Positions 1 to 13,030 of a stretch of 64,000 bases of DNA are shown piece by piece. The notes below the pieces were generated by a model that searched no databases, was not told the origin of the DNA, and saw nothing but the letters and a program-made list of their open reading frames with translations. The stretch comes from Octopus bimaculoides (Eukaryota), in contig NC_068984.1 in the NCBI RefSeq assembly GCF_001194135.2, positions 84,518,023 through 84,582,022 of the forward strand, given 5' to 3'. The position numbers and the translations under genes are program-made. The number at the start of each line of letters is the position of its first letter. Position 1 is the stretch's first letter.

Positions 1-204
1 TGCACCATATGTAGAAACCAGCCTTGGAAATTTGGTATCTGCCTGGATATTATATCCTTCCTCTTACTAAATATATATGTGTGTGTGTGTGTGAGTCTGT
101 GTTTGTCCCCACCACCAGTTGACAACTGGTGCTGGGTTGTTTATGACCCTGTAACTTAGCGGACCCTCTCCACCATACTGACATGATCCAAGCAATATTA
201 AAAA

Positions 205-1246
205 ATTTCTCAACAATGTAGTTACTGTCATTAGAAACAACATTAGAAACAACATTTTGTTATTCCCCTGTGAAAAAATCATGATCTTTTGAAGAAAATG
301 TTAAAAAGCAAGTGCTGTATCAACCTCTTGATTACTTGGGAATCTTTTTCCACTGATACAGCATTCAAATGATCAGAATAAATGAAAATCTGGTGGAACC
401 AAATCTGATAAGTAGGGAGAGTGGGGTAACTCTTCCCAGGCCCAAAACTACTTCTTGGGTTTGTTTTGCAAAATGTGGCCTTACATTATTGTGTTGCAAA
501 ATGACTTCTTTTTCTGTTCAGCAGAGCAGGATACTTTCTACACAAAACTTTATTCACACAGTCAAGTTGTTGACGATAAAGTTCAGCAGTAACAGCTTTT
601 CCTCGTTCCAATAGCTCATAGTGAATCTATCCCTGTTATTCCACCAAATACAGGGCATTACTTTCTTTTGGTGTAATGCTGGCTTGGGTGTTGGAACTGG
701 AGTATCATTCTTTGGGAGCCACTGTTTCCTATGTTTATTAATTACAAAAACAATCCATTTCTCATCTCTGGTAACAATTTGATCACAACAAGGTGATTTT
801 TCATTCGTGATCAGTAAACTATTGCAAATTAAATGTAAAGCCTTATTGTCTTCTGAGAGTTCATGAGGCATCCAAATCCCTCCTAAACACCTTTCCAAGT
901 TTCTTAAGATATTCCTGTACGGTGGACCAAGTTGTATTAAGTCTCTGGGACAATGCTTTGATACTAAAATTTACCCATCAGGATAAGCTGCATATGTTTT
1001 TGTTGCATTGATGCATTTATGGAAGTCAAGCAGCATAAAATGCTGAATATGACCTTTATTGAATTCTTGTTCATCCAAGGGTTTTCTGAAATAGAGAAAA
1101 ATCAAATTATGACTTTAGTCAACAAGAACAACAGTTCGACTGATGCTTAGACAGGTATTTGACCTTGAAGAAAAGTAACTGTTTTTGTTTTCATCATATT
1201 TAAGTTATCTTCTTATATATGCAATGTTACTTTCTGGTACCCCTAA
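205..1246 (-). mobile_element. Decayed mariner (DD34D) transposon, Hsmar1-like
   Basis: Broken frames give WMPHEL, IVTRDEKWI, KQWL, PKPALHQKKVMPCIWW and VILQHNNVRPH. The end at 1246 reads TA-TTAGGGGTACCAGAAAGTAACATTGC on the minus strand, resembling the Hsmar1 terminal inverted repeat (TIR). The other TIR was not found. Confidence 0.85.
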
Positions 1247-1782
1247 TATATANNNNNNNNNNATATATATATATATATAAATTGTATGTTTCACTTACCC
1301 TGTCAGGCAGCATATTGAGACTAAATTCAGGTGCCGACAGTGCTTTCTTAATCAAGCAATGACCAAAAGATATCTAGTTATATACTATGCATAGTGTGTG
1401 TGTGCGTGTGTATATTTATTATTAACTGTTCATAGGGTTAAATTTGTATGCCTCCTTTTCTCAGAAATAACTTGATGTATTGGTGAACAGTCAACAGTGT
1501 TGGAGAGCATAAAGATTGTAGCTGAGAAAAAGTTAGATGACATGGAGGATTGGAAGCTATCTGTATATTGGAAAACAGTTACCTGTATCATGATGATTTG
1601 TGACAGATGTTAAAATGCCAACATCATGGCTGCTGCTCAGTGCTCTATAAACACTGTAAAGACTGCAAGACATGACATGGACAGCTGCAATGGAGACTAC
1701 GAAGCCTTGGCCAGCAGGAAGGGACACAGTAGCCCTTCTGATTGTGTCTGCTTGCTGGAATTCATCTAACAACTGATGAACA

Positions 1783-3021
1783 GAGCCTTGGGCTCAATTC
1801 AGACGGTTATGTGAAGCTGCTGGAAACTGGCCAAACCCTGCCTGGAGAGGGTTGCTGCAGGAAGGCCATATACGAGGTGATATCAAAAAGTTGCTGGACT
1901 AGTTATGTTTAATAAAAAATAACTTATTTACCTAAGTTTAACATCATCTCCTTTGAAATAGTCACCTTGGGCAGCAATACACGGGTCATTTACTGCCACT
2001 TTTGGAGTCCAATCTGGAAGTTGTTTCCTGTAAGTGAGTCAAGGACCTTCTACCATTCACTCTTGGTCTCAACAAGGTGTTAAAGTAGTGACCTTTGAGC
2101 TGCATTTTCATCTTGGAGAAGAGATGGACGCCTGCAGATGCTAAATCTGGTGAGTAGGGTGGGCACAAGTGATACTAGATTCTTTTTGGTGAGAAACTCA
2201 CAAGTGAGAAGAGCTCGTTAATAGGGTGCATTGTTATCGTGAAGAATCTAGACACTAGGATGGCCTGCATGGACCCATATGACAGACCAACAACATCAGC
2301 AATGTTGTTGATTGTCCTCTGACAATCCTCATACACAAGCTGATGGCACTCATGGCAGGTCTTCCAGATTGCTCATCATCTTCCAGGGGCTTTCTTCCAC
2401 TTTTGAAGCACTTGTGTCACTCGAAACGTCATGTATGACCCTTTGTCTTGTTGTTGTAAGCTTGCTGAAGCATGCTCAATGTCTCTGTAGCAGACTTCCC
2501 AAGTTTAACACAGAATTTCAAATTGGCTCTTTGTTCCAACTTGCAGGTCGTGACAAAATCACAGACTACAGCAAACACATGATCACAAAAACACAAATTT
2601 TACAACTTGCGAAGTAAATGTAGCAATGTCACTTGGCACACTGCCTCATGATGATGATCACTGCTAGCTCTCACTGAATATGCTACCGTGTGCTGCCATC
2701 TGTTAGCATGCTACAAAACTAGTCAGAACTTTTTGATACCACCTTGTATGTGGCAGCAGGATATGGCTCCTTGTTATATCTTTGGAAAATGTCAGAAGTG
2801 GCTGTTGAAGAATTTCTATGATGTCATCACCCCCAATTGCTGGTCTCTTAATTATCCCTATTGTAATTCCATGGATTACTATGTGTGGGGTGCAGTTGAG
2901 AAAGATACCGACTGCAGAGGTTTTTGAAGTTCTTCCCAGAGACACAGTGAGGAATGCATGCATCAGGTTTCAGAGCTGTTATGAGGCCACAGTGGAAGCT
3001 GAGAGTGGCCACTTTAAGTAA
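1783..3021 (+). mobile_element. DD37D/maT-type Tc1/mariner transposase relic, split by a nested mariner
   Basis: Left piece reads ...LNSDGYVKLLET...PCLERVAAGRPY; right piece reads MWQQDMAPCY...WLLKNFYDVITPNCW...NSMDYYVWGAVEKDT...VEAESGHFK*. Removing 1873-2748 rejoins the two in frame. Confidence 0.85.
1873..2746 (-). mobile_element. Internally deleted mariner (DD34D) element with both TIRs and TA target duplication
   Basis: TIRs CGAGGTGATATCAAAAAGTT and (reverse complement) CAAGGTGGTATCAAAAAGTT; TA at 1871-1872 and 2747-2748. Minus-strand translation gives EQRANLKFCVKLGKSATETLSMLQQAY...EDDEQSGRP and PPYSPDLA...LFSKMKMQLKG, with stops. Confidence 0.92.
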
Positions 3022-3055
3022 ACTGTTATCTCCCAGCCATAATCTAGTTGATATT

Positions 3056-3296
3056 CTTTTACTCTTTTACTCTTTTACTTGTTTCAGTCATTTGACTGCG
3101 GCTATGCTGGAGCACCGCCTTTAGTCGAGCAAATCGACCCCAGAACTTATTCTTTGTAAGCCTAGTACTTATTCTGTCGGTTTCTTTTGCCGAACCGCTA
3201 AGTTATGGGGACGTAAACACACCAGCATCGGTTGTCAAGCGATGTTGGGGGGACAAACACGGACACAAAAACACACACACACACATATATATATAT

Positions 3297-3331
<35 letters not shown>

Positions 3332-3372
3332 CGACGGGCTTCTTTCAGTTTCCGTCTACGAAATCCACTCAC
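3056..3372 (-). mobile_element. Octopus tRNA-derived SINE with internal (TA)n/(TG)n tract (OK-like family), cut by an assembly gap
   Basis: Nearly identical to copies at 38201-38622 and 52157-52551; further copies near 15350-15625, 26385-26775, 28500-28790 and 32420-32860. Confidence 0.8.
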
Positions 3373-3706
3373 NNNNNNNNNNNNNNNNNNNNNNNNNNNN
3401 NNNNNNNNNNNNNNNNNNNNNNNNNNNNNNNNNNNNNNNNNNNNNNNNNNNNNNNNNNNNNNNNNNNNNNNNNNNNNNNNNNNNNNNNNNNNNNNNNNNN
3501 NNNNNNNNNNNNNNNNNNNNNNNNNNNNNNNNNNNNNNNNNNNNNNNNNNNNNNNNNNNNNNNNNNNNNNNNNNNNNNNNNNNNNNNNNNNNNNNNNNNN
3601 NNNNNNNNNNNNNNNNNNNNNNNNNNNNNNNNNNNNNNNNNNNNNNNNNNNNNNNNNNNNNNNNNNNNNNNNNNNNNNNNNNNNNNNNNNNNNNNNNNNN
3701 NNNNNN

Positions 3707-3767
<61 letters not shown>

Positions 3768-4359
3768 GTGCTATGTAAAAAGAACCTAGTGCATTCTATA
3801 CAGTGATTAGCTTTAGGAAGGGCATCCAGCTGTAGAAACCAAGTCAAAAACAGACTATGGAAGCTGGTATGGCCCTTGGCCTTGCCACCTCTTGTGAAGC
3901 CATCCAATTCATAACTGCATGGAAATTAGACGATGACAACGGTGATGACACTCACACACCTCTTGTATACGCATCATTCCTTTATCTATTTGTATGTGCA
4001 GCTTTACATATAAACACACACCTTACGCCTACTTTTGGGGTTTAGTTCACAGGTGATCTAAACGATTAGGTACACCAGGTAAGTGCTATAGCGGATTACT
4101 AGGGCTCCAAGGTTGTAGCCGAGATGGTAGTTATGGAGCCATTGCAGATTTCTGATATAGCAGATATATAATTGTTGAAGAGGACAACAAATGTTAAGGC
4201 ACGGCAAACATCTCAAGTCATATACATTATTATTGTTGGAACACAACGCAACGCTTGGTCTGGGAATCAAACCTACAATCTTGCAGTTGTGAGTGCAACA
4301 CTCTAACCACCATGCACCTTCACTATGTATATATATATATATATATATATGTATACATA

Positions 4360-4568
4360 CAAGGGGTGCTGAAAAGTTTGGGTAAGAGAAAATACAGGAG
4401 GATCAGTTAGTTATGATTTTATTCAACATATTCCCCTCTCAGGTTCACACACTTATTGCAACAGTCCTTCAGTTTTTCTTAGCCCTGTAAAAGAACTCGG
4501 TTAGGTTGGGCCTCCAACTGGGCCTTTTGCAATATCCTTAGAGCCAGGAACTTTTCAGCACCTCCTTG
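4360..4568. mobile_element. Mariner-type MITE
   Basis: TIR CAAGGGGTGCTGAAAAGTT at the left end and AACTTTTCAGCACCTCCTTG at the right, flanked by TA. Copies at 27643-27854 (inverted) and 36741-36870 (partial). Confidence 0.88.
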
Positions 4569-5867
4569 TATATATATCATCATCATCATCAACATCCGTT
4601 GTTCATGCTGGCATGATATATATTTATTTTGTGTGTATGTGTAAATACGTATACTTATATATATTTGAAGGTATGTGTACAATATATATGTATATAATTA
4701 CAGTGTACTAATAGTGTTTGTATAGCTGCATATGCATTATGATTCAGCATATATTAACAGTGGTTAGGTCCTGCATAAATTATTACTATTTACCCAGTGA
4801 ACATGAGTCAGAAAGGGTTTAAACAACTTCTCAGTAATATCATTTTAAAGTTTTCTAATAAAACGTTTCATGCTTGATTTACTTCAGTTTCTTTAAACTT
4901 TCTAAATTTGACCAAAAAAGATTTATCTACCCTGATCAAAGCAAATTTTTTGCATTTTTATCACTATGTGCAATTGTTCGGGCAACAAAACAGTTCTTTT
5001 TCATTGAACAATTACATCAAATATGCTGAGTGATGACAGTGAATCATCAGCTTCTCCAAGTATATAAATAAGTATTTAACTATCGAGTTAAGAAGTTCTC
5101 TTCTTGACTATGTAGTTTTGTGTTCAGCCCCACTGTATTGCACCTTGAACTCAGAACGTAAAGACAGACGAAATACCGCTTCTAAAATATAAAATTTTGT
5201 CAAAAACTTTAAAACCCTGTTCTATGTGACCACATTCTACCAGTATTGGAAGTTTGAAAGTGTTTAGTTAAAAAAGATTAATTAAATAATCTGTACGTCA
5301 AAGTTGACCGCGGTGAAATTTGAACTCAAAATGTAAAGACAGACAAAATACCATTAAGTATTTTGCCCTGCATGCTAACGCTTATGCCAGCTCGCTGATT
5401 AGAATGTAACCATTCATTTTAGGAATATATTCTTTATTCTTATTGCTTAAGCGTTACTCCCTTTCTTGAAATTTTGTAACATTTTACCTCATAACTGTTT
5501 TTTTACTAATTTTTGTTCAATGCGACTAGTGATTCTGAATTCCTCATGTATTTTTCTATCATTTAAGTCTAAGAAAGGTATACTTTTATTTTAAAATTAA
5601 AAAAATTTATGTTAATTAAAGATGAATATCTGCCTCACTGTCCACCTTGAGGTTGCAGATATTTTGATGTAACTTTTTTTCTACTGAACCAAATCTCAAA
5701 CTATTTATGCCAAAGTGTAGCTGAGGAGGTATCCTCTTTAAAACAATTAACGGTTTGCAATTTAGTTGAGAACTGAATTACTGATGAAGCTTGGAAGCTG
5801 CAGTGATTGACGAAATAGTGGATTTAAGAATATATTCAACCACTACCATAGTGGAATAATATATATA

Positions 5868-6098
5868 TTTCTTTATTGCCCACAAGGGGCTAAACGTAGA
5901 GGGGACAAACAAGGACAGACAAAGGGATTAAGTCGATAACATCGACCCCAGTGCATAACTGGTACTTTATTTATCGACCCCGAAAGGATGAAAGGCAGAG
6001 TTGACCTTGGCGGAATTTGAACTCAGAACGTAACAGCAGACGAAATAACACTAAGCATTTTGCCCGGGACACTAACGTTTCTGCCAGCTCGACGCCTT
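5868..6098 (-). mobile_element. Second abundant octopus SINE family (OR-like; head GGCGxCGAGCTGGCAGAAACGTTAG)
   Basis: More than 15 diverged copies in the window (e.g. 6550-6760, 13852-14059, 17340-17810, 27100-27290, 34715-34925, 54852-55735). Confidence 0.8.
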
Positions 6099-6099
6099 T

Positions 6100-6143
<44 letters not shown>

Positions 6144-8073
6144 AGCTTCTTTCAGTTTCCGTCTATCAAATCCACTCACAAGGCTCTGGTCAGCCTCAGG
6201 CTATAGTAGAAAACACTTGCCCAAGGTGCCATGCAGTGGGATTGAACCTGGATCCATGTGGTTGGGAAGCAAACTTCTTACCATGCAGCCAATCTACGTA
6301 TTGAGCAGGGAGTGGACTTATGTCTGTCTTCCTACTTACTAGAACTTTGGCCTTTGCTAAGTTTTTTACTTTCACACCTGAAATTTCTTTTCTAATTCTA
6401 CTACAGATTATGCCATAAGAATGAAATCATCATCATATAGTAGTTCCCAATATATCTTTTCTCCTTTTAAGGTGATATGAGATAGATTGAGGGAAATTTG
6501 CTACTATTTCATGCAGTGTAGCTTACTACATAGATACTTTTTATTGGTTTCAAATTTTGGCACAAGGCCAGCAGTTTTGGGGGTGGGGTTAAGTTGATTA
6601 GATCAATCCCCAGTGTTCAACTGGTGCATATTTTATCAATCCCAAAAGGATGAGATGCAAAGTTGACCTCGGCAGAATTTGAACTCAGAATGTAAAGATG
6701 AATGAAATGTTGCTAAGCATTTTTACCCGATGTTTTAATGATTCTGCCAGCTCACTGCATTCAACTTCTTTATTACTACAACTACATATGACATCGAAAG
6801 ATGGCTGAGAGATAACCCAATAAAACAAGCGGTATGGTAGAAATACAAGTCTGGTCTTTTTCTTCTCTCAAAATGATCCTGTCTCTAATTAGAACAAAAA
6901 TCTTTGCAGTTAGTCTCTCTAATGTCATTGTTAAAAGTATTTTTAAAGGAAAGAATTGGGTTAATAATCTATGTTTATAAACATTTTTGTGTATTTGGCA
7001 TTTCCACAAGTTGGCAGATTTAAGGTGGAGATGTTTAACATTTCTGCATTTATTACTTTACTGTTTTTCAGTTTTTCATTTAGTAAATTTTAAATCACAC
7101 ATACAGACACAAACACAGTGACTTAAGCATACAGGCATGTATTGATACACAAACACATGCACATACCATACTCTAAAATACACCTAATTCAAACACACAC
7201 ACACACACACACACGTATCATAAATGCTATCTGTTAGAAATATTACATAATTGTTTTAAATAGTAAATGTTCTGTTGAATATGAGAACAAAATGAGATTA
7301 AGTTAGCTAGGTGGCATCCTGTGTATAGGTTCATTATAATTTAATGTCCACTTTACCATTCCTCAATGGGCCAAGTGGAATTTGTTGAGGCAAATTTTCT
7401 ACAGCCATTACATCGAATATATTCAGCCATAGAAACCATGTCAAAGCAAACACTGGAGCACAGTGTTAGTCCTTGGATCCATCAGATCCTGTCACACCAT
7501 CCAACTCTTACCAGCATGTGTTTGTGAGTGCAGTTTTGTGAATATTTATATTCTACATCTTAGCATGTGTTTGAGCAAAACAGTGATGTTATATTGGCAT
7601 TCCCTGTTAACAAATTAGCGTATCTGCTCTTTCAAAGACAAGCAGAATAAAAAAAAATCCTTTACTTTTAAAATAGCGAAGGATTAGTAACAGGAAGAGA
7701 ATCTAGCTGTAAAATTATAAATATCCACTCATACACACTTTTACGTAGTAGACTACTGTCCCTGTATTGTACTGGAAACCTGTGATAAATTTCAGTCCCT
7801 TGACACACCATTAGACTTGAGAAATCAGCTAACTGGTTTCAATTCTTCCTTGGTGCACATTGCCAGTGGAGCAACCATGTTTACTCTGTAACACAAAGTA
7901 AACTGTAGTGATCAAGGTCAAACCTTTGTTACAAAACCACAAGAATACCACCTTTTAGCATTAGAGTGCTGAAGGCAGTGTGGTCAACCCAAAGAAAGTT
8001 TTGGTGAAAGTTTTAATAATTTTTGAGTTCCCCTTATATGTATAATTTCACTAGAGTAGATGTTCCTCACTTT

Positions 8074-8135
<62 letters not shown>

Positions 8136-8457
8136 NNNNNNNNNNNNNNNNNNNNNNNNNNNNNNNNNNNNNNNNNNNNNNNNNNNNNNNNNNNNNNNNN
8201 NNNNNNNNNNNNNNNNNNNNNNNNNNNNNNNNNNNNNNNNNNNNNNNNNNNNNNNNNNNNNNNNNNNNNNNNNNNNNNNNNNNNNNNNNNNNNNNNNNNN
8301 NNNNNNNNNNNNNNNNNNNNNNNNNNNNNNNNNNNNNNNNNNNNNNNNNNNNNNNNNNNNNNNNNNNNNNNNNNNNNNNNNNNNNNNNNNNNNNNNNNNN
8401 NNNNNNNNNNNNNNNNNNNNNNNNNNNNNNNNNNNNNNNNNNNNNNNNNNNNNNNNN

Positions 8458-8521
<64 letters not shown>

Positions 8522-9379
8522 CCATGTGGTAAAGGCTGATATCAGGATGCTCTAAGCCTCACGAAGGAAGTGCCCGAGGGATTGCAACAAGCAGCAAGAT
8601 GGCTGGAGAAGAAAACCTATCCGACCAGTGCAAACCTGGAAAAACATGGGAAATAATGTTGGGGATAATAATATATGTATATATCATCGTCATCATCTTT
8701 TAACATCCATCTGCCATGCTGGCTTAGATTATATGGTTTGACAGGATCCAACAAATCTGAGGAATGCATCATGCTCCAACATATGCTTTGGCTTGGTTTC
8801 TATGGCTGGATGCCCTTCCTATCAACCACTTTGAAAGTGTATTGAGTGCTTTTTACATGGCACCAGCACTAGTGAGATTACAGTGTATCTTGCAAGACTA
8901 AAAACCCCATCGACTGAGTAGGGCTGGGCTACAGTAGAGACAGAAACAACTGTATTCAAGGTGATGAAAGCATAGAGTATGAACCTGGAGTAGGTTTCTT
9001 CCTATAGAAGAGGCACATGCTTCTCACATTATACAAGAGTGGATGGGGGTAATTGGTGTGGAGCTGGAAAGATAGTAAAGCACTGTAGAAGTTTTAAAAT
9101 ACAGTATTGGGTTGGCTGTTTTTTGGGGGGTGGGGGCATGGGGATAAATGTTGGTAACACAATTGCATTTCAGGTTTTTGTTTAAGTTGTGTGTAAATAT
9201 CAAATTTTATTTTTATTGTTTTTCAAAGCAATCAAATTTACAAAAGTAGGTTTACTGTATAAATGTTTTCAATATTTATATCAGCTTACAGAACTAACAA
9301 ACAGCAAGTAAAATGGGTGCCATCCAGTTATGTCTCTTTGAACAGTATAAACATGCAGTCACTACATATATCATTGTAT

Positions 9380-9640
9380 CTTTCCTTGTTACATTGTCAG
9401 CACACAACTAGAACTCTCAAGGTTGTTACAAATGCTTGGTCTCACCATGACTGAAGAGCTTTCATGGTGAAAGCACATCCTCAACAAAGTCAAAACTGTA
9501 GCCCAAAGACTGCTCTTCCTCTTCAGAATAAGAAAATACTTCTCCCTCTAACAACAACTAATTCTGTACAAAGCGCAGGTGAGATCTACAATGGAATACA
9601 GCCCAGACATCTAGAACAGTGCTGCTCCTGTTGCAGTTAC
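9380..9640 (+). mobile_element. CR1/L2-group LINE relic (region C-terminal to the reverse transcriptase)
   Basis: One frame reads LGLTMTEELSW*KHILNKVKTVAQRLLFLFRIRKYFSL*QQLILYKAQVRSTMEYSPDI*, a CR1/L2-group signature, with stops. Confidence 0.75.
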
Positions 9641-9839
9641 ACATAGAAAATATCCTAGACTACTTTCAAAGAAAGGCTATTTGAGTGATTGGTATAATGT
9701 CATTTACCAAAGCATTCTGACCTTGTCTTTCTATCTTGCTTTTTCTCTCAGCTCATGATTTAGTTACCCAGGTAACAAAAGCTATCAACTACTTCTACGG
9801 AACCTTCTGAGCATTGAAAAGAATTAATTTTACATATAC

Positions 9840-10130
9840 CTTGTTGTTCATATCCAGTGGAACATAATTGTTTCATTTCTTTCCACCTTTTGCACATCCT
9901 TTACATTTAGTGCCCACATCTCACTACTATGCGGTATCACACTTTATAATCAAGCATTGTACAATTCATCTTTGACTTAAAGAGAGAACCCTCTTGTTGC
10001 CAGTTGAGGTAATAACTCCCTGAACTTTTCCCCACCCTATTCTTATTCTGGTTACTGTGCTTTCTGGACACCCTCCTCCACTGCTGATTTAGTTATCCAG
10101 GTAACAAAAGTTATCAACTACTTCTATGGA
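9840..10130 (-). mobile_element. RTE LINE fragment (same lineage as 20179-21466)
   Basis: LEVVDNFCYL...GCPESTVTRIRIGWGK...SSEMWALNVKDVQKVERNE on the minus strand. Confidence 0.8.
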
Positions 10131-11931
10131 ACCTTCTGAGCATTGAAAATAATTAATTTTACTTATGCTGTCTGCTAATTACTCCCATACATGTCACATA
10201 TATTGTATAGCAAGTCCTGTTTGACTTTTAGTACTTATTGAAAAGTACAAACATGCTGTTTAATACTGCTAATTTAGTGATCTATATAATTTCTTTTATA
10301 TCACTTCTCTCTATTTATTTGTAAGTTCTTGAATGCCTGATTTAATAAATTTATTGGGTTTTGAATTAGAATATATATTTATTTAATTTCTCATCTCTTC
10401 CCTGCTGGGCATACTTCCCACCCACTGTAATTGATTTTGTTAAGATCTAAATAAGTGGATGTCTGATAGAGCAAAATCTTGAAAATATGGAATGCATAGT
10501 GTTTTTTTTTCCCCATCTGAATGATTCCAGAGCATATTTAGTGACTTGTGTAGTATGTGGTCAAGCTTATGAAAGATTATGCGCAAAAGTTTTTTAAACC
10601 AAGATATTTCTATCCAAAACAGTTTCGAATAGTGGTGTTACTGACAGCAGACTTCAGAAGTGATTGCTTGGTTCTGCTCTAGAAGCTCATAATGAATAAT
10701 TTCTTTGTTATCCTACCAAACAGCCAAAAAAATTTTCTTTGGGTAAGTCTCCCTCATGGATGTGTTTATAGGTTTTCGATTTGGGCTCAGCTACTGTCTG
10801 AAGTGCTTAATACTGCTGCAAAGAATCCATTTCTTATTTCCATTCAGAATCTGGTTTAAAAATGGTACTTGACAGTTACATGTATGGAGTGATTCACTGC
10901 AATTAAGCTGCCACATGTATTCAGCTTCATTCTCATTGCATGTCATTATCGGCAAGTGTCTCCTCCTAACATGAAGCTCACCAAAGCTTTGTGAGTGGAT
11001 TTGGTAGACACAGATGTAAACAAGTCCACTTGTGTGTGTGTGTTTATCCAGTTGTTCTCCTCAGAGTTTATAGTTTTGCAAGCAAAATGGTGACCTCACT
11101 GGTGTGAGTGGCATGAAAAAACACACTCAGTACTCACTGTAAAGTGGTTGGTGTTAAAAAGGGTACCCAGCCATAGAAACCATGCTGAAGCAGACACGGA
11201 AGAATGATGTAGTCCTTGGACCCATTGGATCTTGTCAAAGGCCAGCAGGGAACATGGCTGTTAAATAATGATGGCACATGTTTGTGTGTGTGTTTGTTTG
11301 TATCTACACTTCACCAAAGATCAATAAGCTACAAGTGGTAGCATTGCTGTCATTTCCTGTGTTAGCACATCATCTGCTGGCTTTGTGCCTTCAAAGACTT
11401 GTGGAATAAAATATCCCTTACTTGCGAAGTAGGTTAGGGTTAATGACTTGAAGGGTGTCCAGCTGTAAAACAAAAATATAATATATTTGTCTAGCATGGA
11501 AAAATAAATGTAAAAACAAATATGTGTGTCTACACACACGCGCACACACACACATTCACACCCACACACACAGACATACACACACACACAGACATACACA
11601 CACACACAGACATACACACACACACAACTGATTTGTATTGTATCTCAACATATATTCTCTTGTCATACAAAGACTGCTAGCCATGGCTATATAAGGCTGA
11701 CAGCTTGGCATTTCACTCATGTAACCTCCAGCTTTTGAAGTGAGTAACCCAATTTGCACAACTGTTTTGTGTGAAATGCATTTTGCTTTTTCAAACTGCT
11801 TTCATTTCCACCTTATAGGCAATAATAATAGCTTTGAAGTTTCTTATTTCCTTTTAGCTATGGCATGAAACAGATATGTTCTGTTTAGCATGTGTATGTT
11901 CATACCCTTAAATATATAAATATATAAATAA

Positions 11932-12059
11932 ATTACGGAGATGTACTTGCATAGCAAGTGACCTGATCTGAGATTGTGTGCTGGAACGAAAACAATTGCA
12001 GCGCGGAAGGTGTTTATAAGCCATATGGCTTATAAACACCTTCCACGCTGCAATTGTTT
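11932..12059. repeat. Dispersed repeat ending in a 35-bp-arm palindrome (11990-12024 and 12025-12059)
   Basis: AAACAATTGCAGCGCGGAAGGTGTTTATAAGCCAT followed directly by its reverse complement, one mismatch. The same arm recurs at 54682-54716. Confidence 0.85.
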
Positions 12060-12775
12060 GTATATATAAATGTATATATTTATCATGAAGGTGTGTTGCC
12101 TAGAAGTGTGAGGGTGTTGTACTCATGAATGCAGCACAATTGTAAGATTGTGGTTTCAATTCCTGTATTCTACAGTGTATTATGTTCTCAAGCAAAACAC
12201 TTCATTTCATGTTGATCTAACCACTTCAACATCTGATGTGTGACATATCATCCACCTGTATAGGCAATGTCAATTTGATAAAATGAGAGAGCTAATGTAC
12301 AATGCAAACATTTGATTACTATAAACAAGTCATCTGTGTAGGTTGTTCAGCAAGATATTGTGGAACCCTCTGTCATCTATCATCTGTCATCTATGACAAG
12401 AGAGTCCATGAAATTTATATATATAAGCATCTTAATATCTACTTTTCCATGCTTGCATGGGTTAACTGGAATTTGTTAAGGTGAATTTTCTACAGTCACA
12501 TGCCCTTCTGTCACCAACGATCACCTGTTTCCCTACCTATTGCATGGCATCCAAGACTAAAAGTGGGAAGTAAAATCACAACTCATTGTATGTATTTTCA
12601 GACTGGAGACATGGTCCAGTTCCTTGAAGCAGAATGGTCTCTGCTAAAGGATCCTAGGGATCTGGTAGTGGTGTTAAAGTGGACCACAGGATATGTCTTC
12701 CATCTTAGAAAATATACAGTCTGATGTATGATAGCACAAATTCCAATTCTTATCGAATTAATCAATAGTCTACAC

Positions 12776-13030
12776 CTGTAATTCTCAACCAGGATCCATA
12801 TGGCCCTTGGGAGTCCGTATAAAATTTTGTTGTTTAAATTTATCTGCAAAAAATTTATAATTCTATAATATACAAAATATTTTAATAATTATTTTTATAC
12901 AATTCTTAATGATATTTAATTATGAAAATATAATACGATTTTTTTTTTACATTGAATGGTTAGGAGGGTCCATCTGAGTAAAATAGGAATCAAAGGGGTC
13001 CACAGGTACAAAAATGGTTGAGAAATGCTG
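12776..13030. mobile_element. hAT-family MITE
   Basis: Imperfect 15-bp TIR (CTGTAATTCTCAACC versus CAGCATTTCTCAACC) and perfect 8-bp TSD GTCTACAC (12768-12775, 13031-13038). Confidence 0.9.

Noticed and set aside
1085-1345. Possible SETMAR-like splice from a minus-strand donor near 1298 into the mariner ORF via an acceptor near 1089
   Set aside because: The transposase hits a stop within about 40 codons and no upstream host exon is recognisable.
3232-3907. Long ORFs crossing N runs (also 8023-8539, 35180-36445, 46223-47129)
   Set aside because: Open only because Ns and dinucleotide repeats lack stops; the only real coding part is the Dong/R4 RT fragment.
4055-4086. U1 snRNA-like ACTTACCTGG...GATCAC on the minus strand
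   Set aside because: Similarity stops after these two short motifs; no stem-loop II or Sm site. It is simply the complement of a consensus 5' splice site.
5781-5847. Hammerhead-like arrangement CTGATGA...GAAA-TAGTGG...CCACTA
   Set aside because: Stem II does not close, the base that must be U (5846) is C, and no stem I partner was found; at best a dead relic. The CTGATGA near 46365 (minus) has no downstream GAAA core.
6778-6830. Short frame TTYDIERWLRDNPIKQA ending at GCG/gtatgg
   Set aside because: No acceptor or start upstream (it abuts a SINE head) and no ERMP1 similarity.
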